From Macrostomum hystrix (Eukaryota > Animalia > Platyhelminthes), in NCBI GenBank assembly GCA_950097015.1, contig CATNEN010000007.1, positions 7,130,001 to 7,194,000 of the forward strand: a stretch of DNA of 64,000 nucleotides. Direction: 5' to 3'. This document shows, piece after piece, positions 12,701-25,560 of this stretch. The notes under the pieces were generated by a model. That model was given only the letters and a program-made list of their open reading frames with translations. It made no database searches and had not been told where the DNA came from. A program made the position numbers and the translations under genes. Within the stretch, counting starts at the first letter, position 1. Each line of letters starts with the position of its first letter.

Positions 12701-14232
12701 ACAGTGAGAGTGTACACTGCGTGACAATGAGAAAGTCAGGGCAGACGTACAAACCTGTGTGAGCGTGTGCCTGCGTTCAGTATCTGGGTGTGCTCAGGAG
12801 TCAGCGAAATGGGCAGAATGGCCTCCTCGCTGGCTGCAGGTCCAGTGTCACCTATTGATGTGCCATTGCTTACAGCCCTCATGCAATTCATATTTTATAA
12901 GAGTCCTCATGTCTACATGATCATGTAGAGTTTAGACTCTTCAACAGAAATTAAGAGTGAAGACAGGCTCGATTTCTACTAGTTTTGCCGTAACGAAAAC
13001 TCCCGGTCTTTCAGGCCAAAGTTAGTTACTAGGACGTGTTGTTGCTATGGCAACAACTCAGAGGCTATATATTTTCTGGCTTAGCAACTGACAATACAAG
13101 CATCTAGTTTGCACCACAAACTAAACTAGCCGGTCTAAGTAAACAGGGCAAAAAAGCAGACAACATCAACAGCAGCAATAATATTAACGATAAACACGAG
13201 AAAAAGCAGGAAAATTCTAGTTCTGGTTACCTACAGAAATAGAAAAGCAATCAGCATCAGGTGACACACGGAAGATGCAGATGAAGCCAGGAGGTTTAGT
13301 TTAAATATAAAAAACTGGACAACAAAGCAGCAAAAGCATTTAGCAGTTGGGACAGCAGGCGGGGCTGAAAGCACGATTTCGGAGAGAACGATGCGGCCGG
13401 CACAGTCAGGATAACTTCAACTGGCGGTGGGGGGGCGAGAAGGGGACGCCAAGCTGTGAGCAGTCTGGTCAGTTTGATGAGCACAGTCTAAACTGTTGAC
13501 TAGAGTGAGTGAGCGAGCGCAGTCGAATATTGCAAGCTTCCATTAGAGAATAGCAATACTGAGTCTACTGTGAGAACTGGGGGTTAGTAGTATATAATAA
13601 TACTAAAGAGTGAGTTGATTTCCAAACAGAAACAGGTAAAAAGCTAAATGGACAGACTGGAAAAATACTCAAATAGCAAGTGTTGCTCAGGACTAACAAC
13701 TAAACTAAAAAAAGTATAAAAAGACTAAAAAAGACAACAGATCGACAAGATTAGGAGAGATTGCGCCACTCCCAAATGAGGCCAAAAATATGCGGGAGAA
13801 AAACTACTAGCCAACAACTTGCACAGTTGTTAAGCCCGCGGGACGCATTGATGGCGGACAGCCCGATTGCTCAGAAACGGGGAGGACTTTTAGCAAATTA
13901 GAAAAAAATATATTGAAATGAAGCTGAAAAATTAGCTGACAATGAGCCACTCCAGATACGACTTGGCCAGAGCGGAGCCACATAATAAATTATAAAAGGA
14001 AACTTTACACCAGAAAGTCCCGAGTTCGAATCCGCATAATCTCGCAATTTCCATGAACACCCCCATTCTAAATCCGGTCTGCTTAAACGGCTTAAGAACA
14101 AGAAAGCCAGTGTGCTGATGTAACGCCTGATTAGTGGCGCAAAGCATTCGGAAAAATTGTTTAAATCCGATATGTATAGAAAAATACGAAAAATATATGT
14201 TAATGGCCAAGTGCTAGCTCGTTATGTTGCAC

Positions 14233-17200
14233 CTAGGCAAACAACCGACAGCAGGGATCACTGAACAGATCCTGCACAAAGGCCCTGTTGCGCCTGGTGT
14301 AAGGAAACCTGGCGAGCAGCAGGGAGACGTCCGAGTAGAGGCAAAGGTCGAAGAGTCCGGGCCAGCGGGCCCGCAGCTGCACCAGGGCGGCTTCGTTCTT
14401 GGACAGGTTCACCTGGCAGGTCAGCAAGCCGACTAGGCGAAGGACGTCGCGACGCGCCGTGCTGGCCGGCGTGGCCGTTGTTGTCGACGTGGAATTTTCT
14501 ACGCTGCCCGCCTCAGACAAAGTTGGCGCGGTCCACCGTCGGCAAGACCGGTGCAGCCGGAGCCGGCAGCCGACGCAGGCGTCCTCAGCGTGGGCGGCGT
14601 CGACAGGCGAAGCATCGGCGCCGTTGGTGGCAGCCAGGATCAGCAACTCGGCAGGCTCGGGGCCGGACAGCTGGGCGCGGGAGCCGACGCGGCTGGCGTA
14701 GCCGCTGGTTGGCGCAGAATCGTCGGGAGCCAGCGGCTGCTGCTGATTCAGCGGCGCCTGTGATGAAGACGAAGACGACGAACGATGCTGCTGCGAAGAG
14801 GAGGACGAGGACGAGGCCGAGGCGGAACTGGAGGATGCGGCATGCCGCTGCAGAGTCAGCGCGTGCGGGTCACGCGGCAGAGCCAAGCCGGCTGGCTGAG
14901 GTGGCGGCCGGCGCGGCGGCGGAGGCGAAGCGGCCGCAGCAGCTGCTGCAGCAGCAGCAGCTTCCTCAGCTACAGCAGGCTGGTGCCCGATGGCAGCCAA
15001 GGAGGCGGAGGTGACGGTGACGTTAGCGCCGAGCTGTCGGACCCGGCTGAGCAGGCTGGCAGCCGAAGTTCCGGTCCAGGTACGCCGGGCATCAGGCAGC
15101 ACCAGCATGCGGGCTAGCGCGTCTTCGCTTTCGCTGGAGCTGCGGCCTTTTCGTCGCCTGCGGGATAAGTATTGCGGGGTGACCCGGATGTGTGAAGGGT
15201 GAAATAATGGATGGGTGAAGGGTGAAATAATGGATGGGTGAAGGGTGAAATATTGGATGTGTGAAGGGTCTAATGATGGATGGGTGAAGGGTCTAATGAT
15301 GGATGGGTGAAGGGTCTAATGATAGATGGGTGAAGGGTCCGAAAAAAATAAGTCATATAGCAATGAAGGGTCATTTAGCAAGTGGGTAAAGTCTAGATAA
15401 TAGATGTTTGAAGGGTCCGATAATAGATGGTTGAAGGGTCCGATAATAGATTGGTGAAGGGTCCGATAATAGATGGTTGAAGGGTCCGATAATAGATGGT
15501 TGAAGGGTCCGATAATAGATTGGTTGAAGGGTCCGATAATAGATGGGTGAAGGGTCCGATAATAGATTGGTGAAGGGTCCGATAATAGATTGGTGAAGGG
15601 TCCGATAATAGATTGGTGAAGGGTCCGATAATAGATTGGTGAAGGGTCCGATAATAGATGGGTGAAGCGTCCGATAATAGATGGGTGAAGGGTCCGATAA
15701 TAGATTGGTGAAGGGTCCGATAATAGATGGGTGAAGCGTCCGATAATAGATGGGTGAAGGGTCCGATAATAGATTGGTGAAGGGTCCGATAATAGATTGG
15801 TGAAGGGTCCGATAATAGATTGGTGAAGGGTCCGATAATAGATTGGTGAAGGGTCCGATAATAGATTGGTGAAGGGTCCGATAATAGATTGGTTGAAGGG
15901 TCCGATAATAGATTGGTTGAAGGGTCCGATAATAGATTGGTGAAGGGTCCGATAATAGATTGGTGAAGGGTCCGATAATAGATTGGTGAAGGGTCCGATA
16001 ATAGATTGGTGAAGGGTCCGATAATAGATTGGTGAAGGGTCCGATAATAGATGGGTGAAGGGTCCGATAATAGATGGGTGAAGGGTCCGATAATAGATTG
16101 GTGAAGGGTCCGATAATAGATGGGTGAAGGGTCCGATAATAGATTGGTGAAGGGTCCGATAACAGATGGGTGAAGTTTCAGACAATCAGCAAATGTTACA
16201 ATGGCTCGATAAAGATGCCAGAAGGAGTGCAGAAGGATAAATAATAGCACATAATAATAACAAATATAAATAACGAAAACTGCAACTAATAGAGTTTAAC
16301 AGTTTTCCCCAACAATCAATGGGGACTCCAGGCATGGCAAACTGAAGATCAGCATTCATACTCAAAGCAATCTATCGCCAGGTGCCATAAACACATACTG
16401 CTCTTCTCACTCTAAAAACAATGAGCTCAGGATAAAAGCATTGGCCCCGCTATGATTTAACTTGGCACACGCACCGACGATGCCTTCCTCAGGGGTCTCT
16501 GGGGCGTCTCCGAGGTGCGGGTAGTCAGGGCCGCATGTTAATCAATCTCAAGGCGGAAAGCATTTGCCACGGAGTGCCCGCAACAGAGCGAAAATGCAAA
16601 GCAAGCAGAAGCTTTCTGCGCTTCTAGAAGAGAACAAGAAAAAGAAAAACGGAAAATATCGCTGCCAAATAATTTCCTAGCAGATTGCGCACGAAAAATT
16701 TCTTATGCTAATTGTAATATGTTAATAGGGTGATTTCAGATGTTCTGAAAAACACTGCATAGGCACTATATCAATAGACATGTGAATTCCTTCACCGAAA
16801 CATTGCAATAGAATCTATAATTAAAATTTATATACCAGAACCCAAATTTTAGAATCAGTAAATTTATTGCTGAATTATACAAGCTAGAACATTACCGTAC
16901 ACATTAATACCCCCAGTAAATCATCTTAATTTCAGGATCAGAATCCTGATCTCAAATCCTGAATCACAATCCAAAATTTCGGGAATGGAACTTGAAATTC
17001 GGGGTTAGTATACGAATTTTCGGATCCGAATACGAATTTCGAAGTAAAACGAATTTCGGGATCAGAATACGAATTTCGGGATCAGAATACGAATTTCGGG
17101 ATCAGAATTCGAATATCGGGATCAGAATAAGAATTTCGGGATCAGAATACGAATTTCGGGATCAGAATACGAATTTCGGGATCAGAATAGGAATTTCGGG

Positions 17201-20200
17201 ATCATTATTGGAAATTTCGCCTTACCTGACAGGCCGAGGCGATGGAGTTGAGGAGGCGGTAAACGCGTCATCCTCGCCGATGCAGGCGATGCCTGTTTCG
17301 CCGAAGTCGGCGCCGCTTCCGAATGCGGCCTCACCGAAGGCGTCGTCGTCGTCGTCGCCGCAGTCGGCCGGGGTGTCCTCGTCCGGCCAGCAGACGGGTC
17401 GGACCAGCCAGCGGTGGCAGTCGCGGGCGTGCAGCCAGCCGAGGCGCTCCAGCAGGCGGCCCCCGGCCCGGGTGGAGGCCACCAGGCAGAGAGCCCAGAA
17501 GCAGACGCCGCGAACGCTAAGCACCGGGCAGGCGCGGGCGAGCTGGGCGATTGCCGAGACGACGCCGACGCCGATGCCGTCGCAATTGCCGCAGTGGTCA
17601 GCGGAGTCGCCTTCGTTGCTGGCGGCCGGATCCCAGGCGCAACCTTCCAGCAGGCGCAGGCCCAGTTCGGTTGAGGCCACGTGGCCGACAGCCCACAGGG
17701 CAGCCTTGGCGGCGCACACTTCGGCTCGATCGCACCAGAGCTCGGCATCCTCGCTAGGCAGGTCGCGAACTCGCTGGGCCAGGCCGGCCACGTAGGACTG
17801 GCTGGCCAAGTAGCGAGTGCCCTCTGAGTGGCGGGCGAGCTGGCCAAGCAGGTGGGTTGGCAGCCGGCAGCCAGAGGCGTAGGCGCCGGCCATCAGGGCG
17901 TCAACGGTGTTGGGATACCTGGCGCACAGGCTGCAGCGCCACAGCTGCCACTGCTGCTGCAGCAGGGCGCGCTCCGACATGGCCCGGTAGCCGGCCGGGT
18001 GGCCGCATAGGCGAGCCAGGAGCGGCGCCGCCTAGACAGTTGCGGAGTCGGGTGTGTCAGGATTTCATTACTTTTGTGGGTATGAGATGAGTGGCAATGG
18101 GATATGATAAATTAGGATGGGATGGGATGAGTTAGGATTGGATGGGATGGGATGGGATGGGATTGGATGAGATGAGATGAGATGAGATGAGATGGGATGG
18201 GATTGGATGAGAAATTAGATCAGATAGTATTGGATGAAATGAGATGGGATGAGATGAGATGAGATGAGATGGGATTGGATGAGATGAGCTAGAATGGGAT
18301 GAGATGAGTTGGGGCGGGAGAATTGGGGTGAGATGAGTTCGGATGGGATGAGATGTTATAGGTGGAATGTCCCATCGGGGTAGAATAGGGTGAGTTCGGG
18401 TGTGGACGAGTCGGGCAGGAATGAGTCATGATGTTCGAGTCACAGTAGCCAGGACAAATGAGTCTGAGCATGGAGTGCTGAGTCTGATTCCAACAGGACA
18501 GACCTGTTCGCCAATCTGTGTGGCGGCAGCGGGCAGGCGAAGCAGGCAGGAGCCAAGCCAGCGCTGCTGCTGAAGGTGGTCGCAGGCCTCCTCTAGGGCG
18601 GCCAGAGCGACGGCCTGCACAGTCGGGTCAGGGTCCGGCAGGAGGCGGAGCAGCAGGTCGGGTCCCCAGGCCCAGGCCAGGCCGAGGCGCAGCAGCAGCG
18701 TCAGAAGGCGGACGGCGAATTCGCGAGTCTCGGACGGCGGCGTGGCGGCGACGATCGAAGCGGATGAAGGCGCCGTGGCAGCCGACGTAGGCGCTGCTGC
18801 AGTGGCGCCGACGGCGGCAGTCGGGTGGCCGCCCGATGAAGCGGAAGCATTCGTGCCGCCGCAACTGGCACCGGCGCCAGCCGACGCTGCGGCTGCAGCG
18901 GCAACTCCGGCGCCAGCCGGGACAGTTCCAGAACCGGGCGCGGCTGCTTTGCGAAGCGCCCGACGGCCAAAGTCGCCACGGGCGTAGTCCAGCGAGGCCA
19001 GAAGCAGCTTGGCGGGACCAGGCGGCCCGAACAGCAAGCGGAAGAGGGCGGCGCCCAGGCCGGTGGAGTCCAGTAGCTCGGCGGGCAGAGAGGCCGCCAC
19101 CAGTAAGGCGTAGCGGGCGCACGAGGCCTCCAGCTCGGACACTGTAGTATGCCTAGCAACCGCGTCGTAAAGGAAGCAAGCTGAGCTATGTGCCAGGTCG
19201 AAGGCCATGGCGTGCAGAGCTCGGCAGCGTTCGGCAAGGCGGCCCAGCAGGCGGCCGAAGTGTGGAGCAGCCAGGCCGGCGTCCTTGGCGTGGCGCCAGT
19301 CCAGCGGACGGGCTGACAGAGCGGCGGGCATGTAGAAGCGGCTAAGCCGTCGGCACAGGCCCATCCAGACTTCGTCGACTCGATGAGAGCCGCCGGAGCT
19401 CGCCATCAGTCGGCGCGTATCGGCAGCCGCCAAGCGGCGCAGGAGGCCGGGCAGCTCCGGCCAGGGCCAATAGTCGGGATCGGCCTGCCAGCCAGCAGCA
19501 GCCTGAGGTGATGCCAGTGTTGGCGTTGCGCCCGAAGACAGGGTAGGCAGGGGCGTGGCGTCCTCCAGAAACTCCCTGTCGGAGCCGCCCCGGTCTGTCG
19601 AAGCGTGCCAGCCGGTGTCCGGCGGCAGCAGCGGCAGGTCGGATGCACGCGATGCGGCGCAGGAGATCCCTACGCCTAGGTGACGATTGTTACCATGGCG
19701 ACAGGCGGCTTGGCCCAGCAGGTGGGCCAGATAGACTGAACTGGCGCGCGGCGGTCGAGCTCGGGCCGTCTGCGATGCAGTTTGATGATTTTTCTGGTTA
19801 TCTGATTGGCTGGCTAATCTGATTGGCTGGCTAATCTCATTGGCCAACTAATCTGATTGGATGACTAATCTTATAGGACGAATAATCCGTTGGATTGGTG
19901 TCTGTTCAGTTACCGAATGAAACCATGCAAAAACAGATAGACACATCTATTATCATCAAAAAGACTAGCTAGCAAATTAAATTTTCTATGGGAAGTGAAG
20001 ATATGCCTTTGCAAAACATTGTTTGCTCAAGCAGCTGCTTTTTACAAAAACTCGTTAACATTATTTGTTTAATTACAATAAAAGCAATAAAAAAACTCAC
20101 TAAAAATATTATTTAAAATTTATAAAAGCCGTCGCACACACGGCAGAGCCTTAGTTAATTGTGTAATAAAAATATTGGAAATCTCTGAACACACACGCAT

Positions 20201-23187
20201 ACACATTAAATAGATTTACAGTGCTCAGAGAGCATAAAACACATCAGACAGGAATTTGCGCACTTTTTATGCGCAGAAAAAATTTCTCTTTAAACAAAAA
20301 GCCAGACTTGAGTCATAAAAATATGCCGCCAGACATCTAGGGCATTTTTAGACATTCTCTACCTCAGTAATCCCATTCCTCAGTTCAGCGAAACGTTTTA
20401 CACACCCAAATATATAACAGCACTAGCCTGGCTATACAATGGCCCTATACAATACCCCTGTCTGCGCTGTTAAAGGCAGTAAAATATTTATCAGACGCTT
20501 GGCACGACCACAAACAGCTGGGTTATACTGGCTTCAGTGTTTGGGAGAGATGTGGGCTAATCAAGGCTGTAGTTAACAAAATTTTCTGCACCCACCCTTG
20601 ACTATAATAAAGGACAAGATTAGTGAAATCGAGGACAAGATTAGTAGAATCTGTGACAAGATGAGTAGAATCGGTGACAAGATGAGTAGAATCGGTGACA
20701 AGATGAGTAGAATCGGTGACAAGATGAGTAGAATCGGAGACAAGATGAGTAGAATCGGTGACAAGATGAGTAGAATCGGTGACAAGATGAGTAGAATCGG
20801 TGACAAGATGAGTAGAATCGGTGACAAGATGAGTAGAATCGGAGACAAGATGAGTAGAATCGGTGACAAGATGAGTAGAATCGGTGACAAGATGAGTAGA
20901 ATCGGAGACAAGATGAGTAGAATCGGTGACAAGATGAGTAGAATCGGTGACAAGATGAGTAGAATCGGTGACAAGATGAGTAGAATCGGTGACAAGATGA
21001 GTAGAATCGGTGACAAGATGAGTAGAATCGGAGACAAGATGAGTAGAATCGGTGACAAGATGAGTAGAATCGGTGACAAGATGAGTAGAATCGGTGACAA
21101 GAAGAGTAGAATCGGTGACAAGATGAGTAGAATCGGTGACAAGATGAGTAGAATCGAGGACCCACCTGTACAGCTGACACGAGCAGCAGGGCTTGCCTGC
21201 CCGGCCCATTGTCAAGCAGCGGCGCTAGGCAGGCGGCCGGATCGCCGTCGCCGAGAGCGCCAGGGGGCAGGAGGCGGCAGCGGAAGAGCAGCTCGCCGAG
21301 CAGGAGGGCGGCGCCGCCGGCCAGAGCGGGCGAATCGGCTGTCAGGAGGCCGGCAAGGGAGCGGAGCAGGCCGAGGCAGGCGAATTGCTGGAGCAGAAGC
21401 GCCTGGAGAAGCAGGAAACCAATTGGGGATTCCCTTAGAAACACAATGATGATTCATCTAACAGTTTGCTCCCCATCAATTCACCTGATGAGCCTGGGCA
21501 GGCCGCAGCTCGGGTCCGCCAGCCGGTGGCGGCACAAGGTCGCAGCCCTCGGCAGCCACAAAGCCTTCGGCCAAATCCCAGGCCGGGCTGGGAGCGCGCA
21601 CAGCGTCAGCCAGCTGACGACAGCTAAGGCGCAGTCCGGCGGGCGGCCGGCGCACCAGAAACAGGTCGAAGTAAAAGTACAGCAGATCCAGCACGGCATC
21701 TGGGCTGTTCTGCACGCCCAGCATGGCAACAAGGCTGCGCGGTGGCCTGGAGGCTAGGAGGCCCGGCCAGCTGCGGAATAGCGATAGAAGGGCCGGCCGG
21801 CCGCTGCAGCTGACGAAGACGCCAACGCTGCCACGATGCGGGCCGCGCCGGCCGTCCGCACGAAGCTCAGAGCCGGCCAGCGGCCCCGTCAGGTAGTCCA
21901 GGCAAGCCCGGACAGCCGTCCAGTGCTGCCTGCCGTCCGGCGAGTTCAGCAGGCTGGCTAGGGCGGCCACGAGTGCCTCTGTGCAGCGTGGTGGCAGCGG
22001 AGCCTCCAGGCTGGCCTGTTTTAGGATGAGGAAAGGGATACCAGTATCAGGAAAATAAAAGTTGGGATTCTAGATCTTATTATTAAGATTGTTGGGGAAG
22101 CTGCTCACCTGTAGCAGGGCGCCAAGGCCAGGAGCCACAGCGGGCGGGTTGAGCAGTGCAAGCTCAGCCAGGGCCAGCACGGCAGGTCGCATCAGGCGGT
22201 CGCGCCGCTCGTCGCGCTCCGCGTGCCGGCAGATGGCCAGCAGCGGCTGCACCAGGGCGGCGGTGACGCGGCGCGGGCTGCGATGCAGCAGGGCGTGGAC
22301 CAGCTTCATGGCCTGGAAGCGCTCCGACTGCTGCAGCAGGCCGGCCGACGGCTCCTCGTCCAGTGAGCCGAGGTCCAGGCACCTAGTGTGGGAGGGCCAC
22401 GAAGAATAATTAATCAATTGATGCACAACACCTTAAAAGGATCTGAGGAAGCGGCTGAACAGGGCCTGAGGAAGTGGCTGAACAGCATCTGAGAGAGTGG
22501 CTGAACAGGGCCTGAGGAAGTGGCTGAATAGGAACTGAGAATGTCGTTTTATGGGGCTTGAGAAAGTGACTGAATGGAGCTTGAGAAGTCGTTAAAAAGT
22601 GAGTCTCTAAATAAAATATACTAAAGAAAAGAACCGCCAATTTGCTGAGAAGAAAAACAATTTTGCTTACCTGGCGACGCAAACGTCCAATCTAAATTTA
22701 AGGAAGCTTTGCACCGCCGCCACATCGACTAGAAATTTGCGTACACAGCGCAGTAGAGCCGCCCGCAGCTCCGGGCAGTCCTGGAAGAAGCCCGGCACGA
22801 GGCTGGAAACAGAGACGGGGGGTAGTATCCAGCAATATCCACAAATACAGGGCAAAGAGCCGTCACAGCGGAGGCTCGGACACAAGCTCCTCACCTGCTG
22901 AAGATGTCATCGATGTCAACAGAGGCCAGCAACCGTTTCGACAGGCGCACCAATGCGTTGCACAGGTGAATTCTGCGATGAACTCCCTCGGCGTCAAGCT
23001 GGTCGGCGGAGAAAGCCGCCTCCACCTTCTCCAAGATTCGCTCGGGAGCTGAAAATTGAGTTTTTTTAAACAATAAAATCGAATTAAAATTTCACCTAAT
23101 TTTAATACTAAATGAAAAAGAAACAATTAAGTGTTTACTAACCATCGTCATGGCTGATACCAGCTAATGTGAAATTCGGCTTTCCAC
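14233..23187 (-). CDS. RICTOR: Rapamycin-insensitive companion of mTOR (mTORC2 subunit); 5'-most exon(s) not resolved
   Basis: Exons 23187-23143, 23048-22895, 22802-22671, 22382-22109, 22015-21485, 21402-21166, 19769-18504, 18031-17226 and 15157-14233 are phase-consistent (~1455 aa). Characteristic motifs: ELRAALLRCVR, ERFQAMKLV, RDRLMRPAVLALAELALLNP, FRSWPGLL, WDLAEGFVAAEG, HLLGQLARHSEG, KAALWAVGHVAS, CPVLSVRGVCFWALCLVAST, RDVLRLV...CLYSDVSLLL...RAFVQDLF. Confidence 0.93.
15190..16175. repeat. 23-bp minisatellite (GAAGGGTCCGATAATAGATTGGT)n in the last RICTOR intron
   Basis: Periodicity is directly visible. Confidence 0.95.
17010..17205. repeat. 20-bp minisatellite (GAATTTCGGGATCAGAATAC)n
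   Basis: Periodicity is directly visible; ends ~20 nt from the RICTOR donor at 17225. Confidence 0.9.
18083..18312. repeat. (GATGR)n pentamer microsatellite
   Basis: gatga/gatgg runs in a RICTOR intron. Confidence 0.85.
20610..21160. repeat. 21-bp minisatellite (GACAAGATGAGTAGAATCGGT)n
   Basis: Highly homogeneous array lying a few nt from the RICTOR donor at 21165. Confidence 0.96.
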
Positions 23188-24924
23188 CTGAAATGTTCAG
23201 GGAGGCAAATCTTATGGATAATTTACACTAGAGAAAATTATAAAAAATCATGCACCAGTACTTATAGCAACACTAAGAATACTATTTAGTAAATTGCAAC
23301 ACAACAAAATTAATTAAGAATTTCGAATTTAAAACAAGAAACAAAAGCAACAGACATTCCGATTGCATTTTATAGAGCAAGCAAAAAATAAAAAGCAACC
23401 TAGACATTTAGCAAGCTTAATAAAAAATGCTAATTCAAGCAAATATCAAGCATTTGCTAATGGGTGTGTTCTGTATAATAAAATTGTTTAATAACTGCTT
23501 TTTATGTGATGCAGAAAAAGCTGATTGATTGGTATTAGTCTTACAGTTAGAAAAAGTAAAAGTTGACCATACTAAAAAGTCATTTGTATAATATAGGGCT
23601 TAATAGCCAAGACTAAGTTTTAAGTATACAATTTCTTTGCCGAAAATGCCAATATAAGCCATTTATACCACTGTTTATTTTTTTGTTGTGGCTGCTCTGT
23701 AGGCTATTGCAATATTTGCTTTCTGTCTTGGCTACCATTGTAAGGCCGTGTCTAGATTTGGGCTGAATATACCTTAATTTGGTCTGTTCAATGTTCAAAG
23801 CTAGATTTTAGTATGGTCTATCGAAGTGGAATACTTCTAGTTCTAGCTCAATTTTGGAGCTTTCAATATTGAACACTATAAATTGTAGGCTATAATAGAA
23901 AAACATCATAGCAAACAAAACCAAAAACACAAAATGGAACAATTTTGACTGCCTACAAAAACATAAATCTATTTAGAACTTTGTTTCTAAAGTTGTCTGA
24001 AAATTTTAAACCTCCAGAGCTCCGAAATGAGATAATTGTCTTTGTTGCAATCACAAAAACATTATTATATCGCTAGTCAATAATTTTCAGTTTCAAGAAC
24101 AATTAATGGTGCAAGAAACTCAATAAAAACATACGTTGCGTTCGACGTAGAGCGTAGCGACATTCTTGAAACATTGTCTGCGATGGTAGCAGTGAAAAGG
24201 ATGCATGTCAATAAAGGAAAATTTATATTTGACCTTGCCTTATCATAACAGCATAAAACTTATAAATAAAGCAAAACCGTTGATTACATATAATAAAAGC
24301 TTTGTAAAAGGCAACTGAAAGTTACGTAATTTCTAAAATTAAATAGTAAATAGCTATGCACTATCGTGTGCAACAGAACTAAGACGAGCATACGTATTCT
24401 ATTTTTACCGAATATCTTAGAAAGCAGTTCTAAGAAAGGTAGAATTGAACTGACAAGCTGTAAGACTGTAAAGTAAAACGAAAACAAATTGGTTAATTCA
24501 AAGTAAAATAGGAGTTTAGAGAAATTTGTCTGCAAAGTAAAACTAATTTTAAAGACAAACCTACTTAACTCTAGGCTTATTTGAAGTCGCATGCGGAGAA
24601 ATGACATCGTTCTCTGCAGCATTGGCATTAATTCTCTGCTAAATTGTGACGTTGTTGTATGCTGGGGGCGAACAATTGTTGGCTGAAAAAGAGGACATTG
24701 CTTCTTTTCTGCAGGAGTGTGTAATTATTTTTCTGCAATAGGGGGATTATTGGTTCTCCGCAAGGACTTCTCAAGTAGAGGACCTCTCTACTTAAGATGT
24801 CCTTGGTTCTCCGCTGCTGGGGAAAAAGTGGAATTCTCTGCTGCTAAGGTGCCGGTGACATTTGTTCTCTATTGGGGGGCAAGGGGTATTTAAAGGCTGC
24901 ATGTCAAAGGGCTGGCAAGGGGTA

Positions 24925-25146
24925 CCCGATGACAGTCCCTTCTGACACCCGATGACTGCAATCTCTTCTGACACCCGATGACAGTCTTTTCTGACACCCG
25001 ATGACAATATTTTCTGACACCCGATGACAGAGTCTCTTCTGACACCCGATGGCAGAGTCTCTTCTGACACCCGATGGCAGTCTCTTCTGACACCCGATGA
25101 CAGTCTCTTCTGACACCCGATGGCAGTCTCTTCTGACACCCGATGA
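24925..25146. repeat. 23-25-bp minisatellite (TCTCTTCTGACACCCGATGACAG)n
   Basis: Periodicity is directly visible. Confidence 0.9.
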
Positions 25147-25560
25147 CCTCCGAGACACTAATTCTGATGAATTTGTGTATGCCCCAGTTGAAATGGAGTG
25201 ACTAGCCGTTGTTGCAGTAATTTTTGCGCGCTCACAAAAAGCGAATCGGTTTTTACGTACTAGTTCGGAAAGCCTGGTCGGGTGAACTTTGATCCGTGCA
25301 GTTGGGTGAACAGAATGAAACTTCGGTGTATATTTCCAGGGTAAGTGCAACCTGACTTTGGTTGTTTCTCGACCAGAAGTTTACACAAATTCTGTCTCTT
25401 TACTGATAAATGGCCGGTTCCAGCCAGTCTGTCTTCATGGCTTCTAAACAGAAACGGGTGGTAGAAGAAGCAGAAGTAGCGTATATTGAGCTGAGTTCCA
25501 GTGGACTCAATAACAAGCGCGATTTCTATAACTTCGAGCACTTTTAAGCTGTAAACCGTG

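Noticed and set aside
14015-14035. Isolated B-box (GAGTTCGAATCC)
   Set aside because: No properly spaced A box or cloverleaf; at most a decayed SINE fragment.
16470-16540. Possible extra RICTOR exon (GC-rich, GTGCGT donor)
   Set aside because: No in-frame acceptor was found, and 17226 splices directly in phase to 15157.
14399-21757. Many + strand and alternate-frame ORFs overlapping RICTOR exons
   Set aside because: These are shadow ORFs of GC-rich coding sequence.
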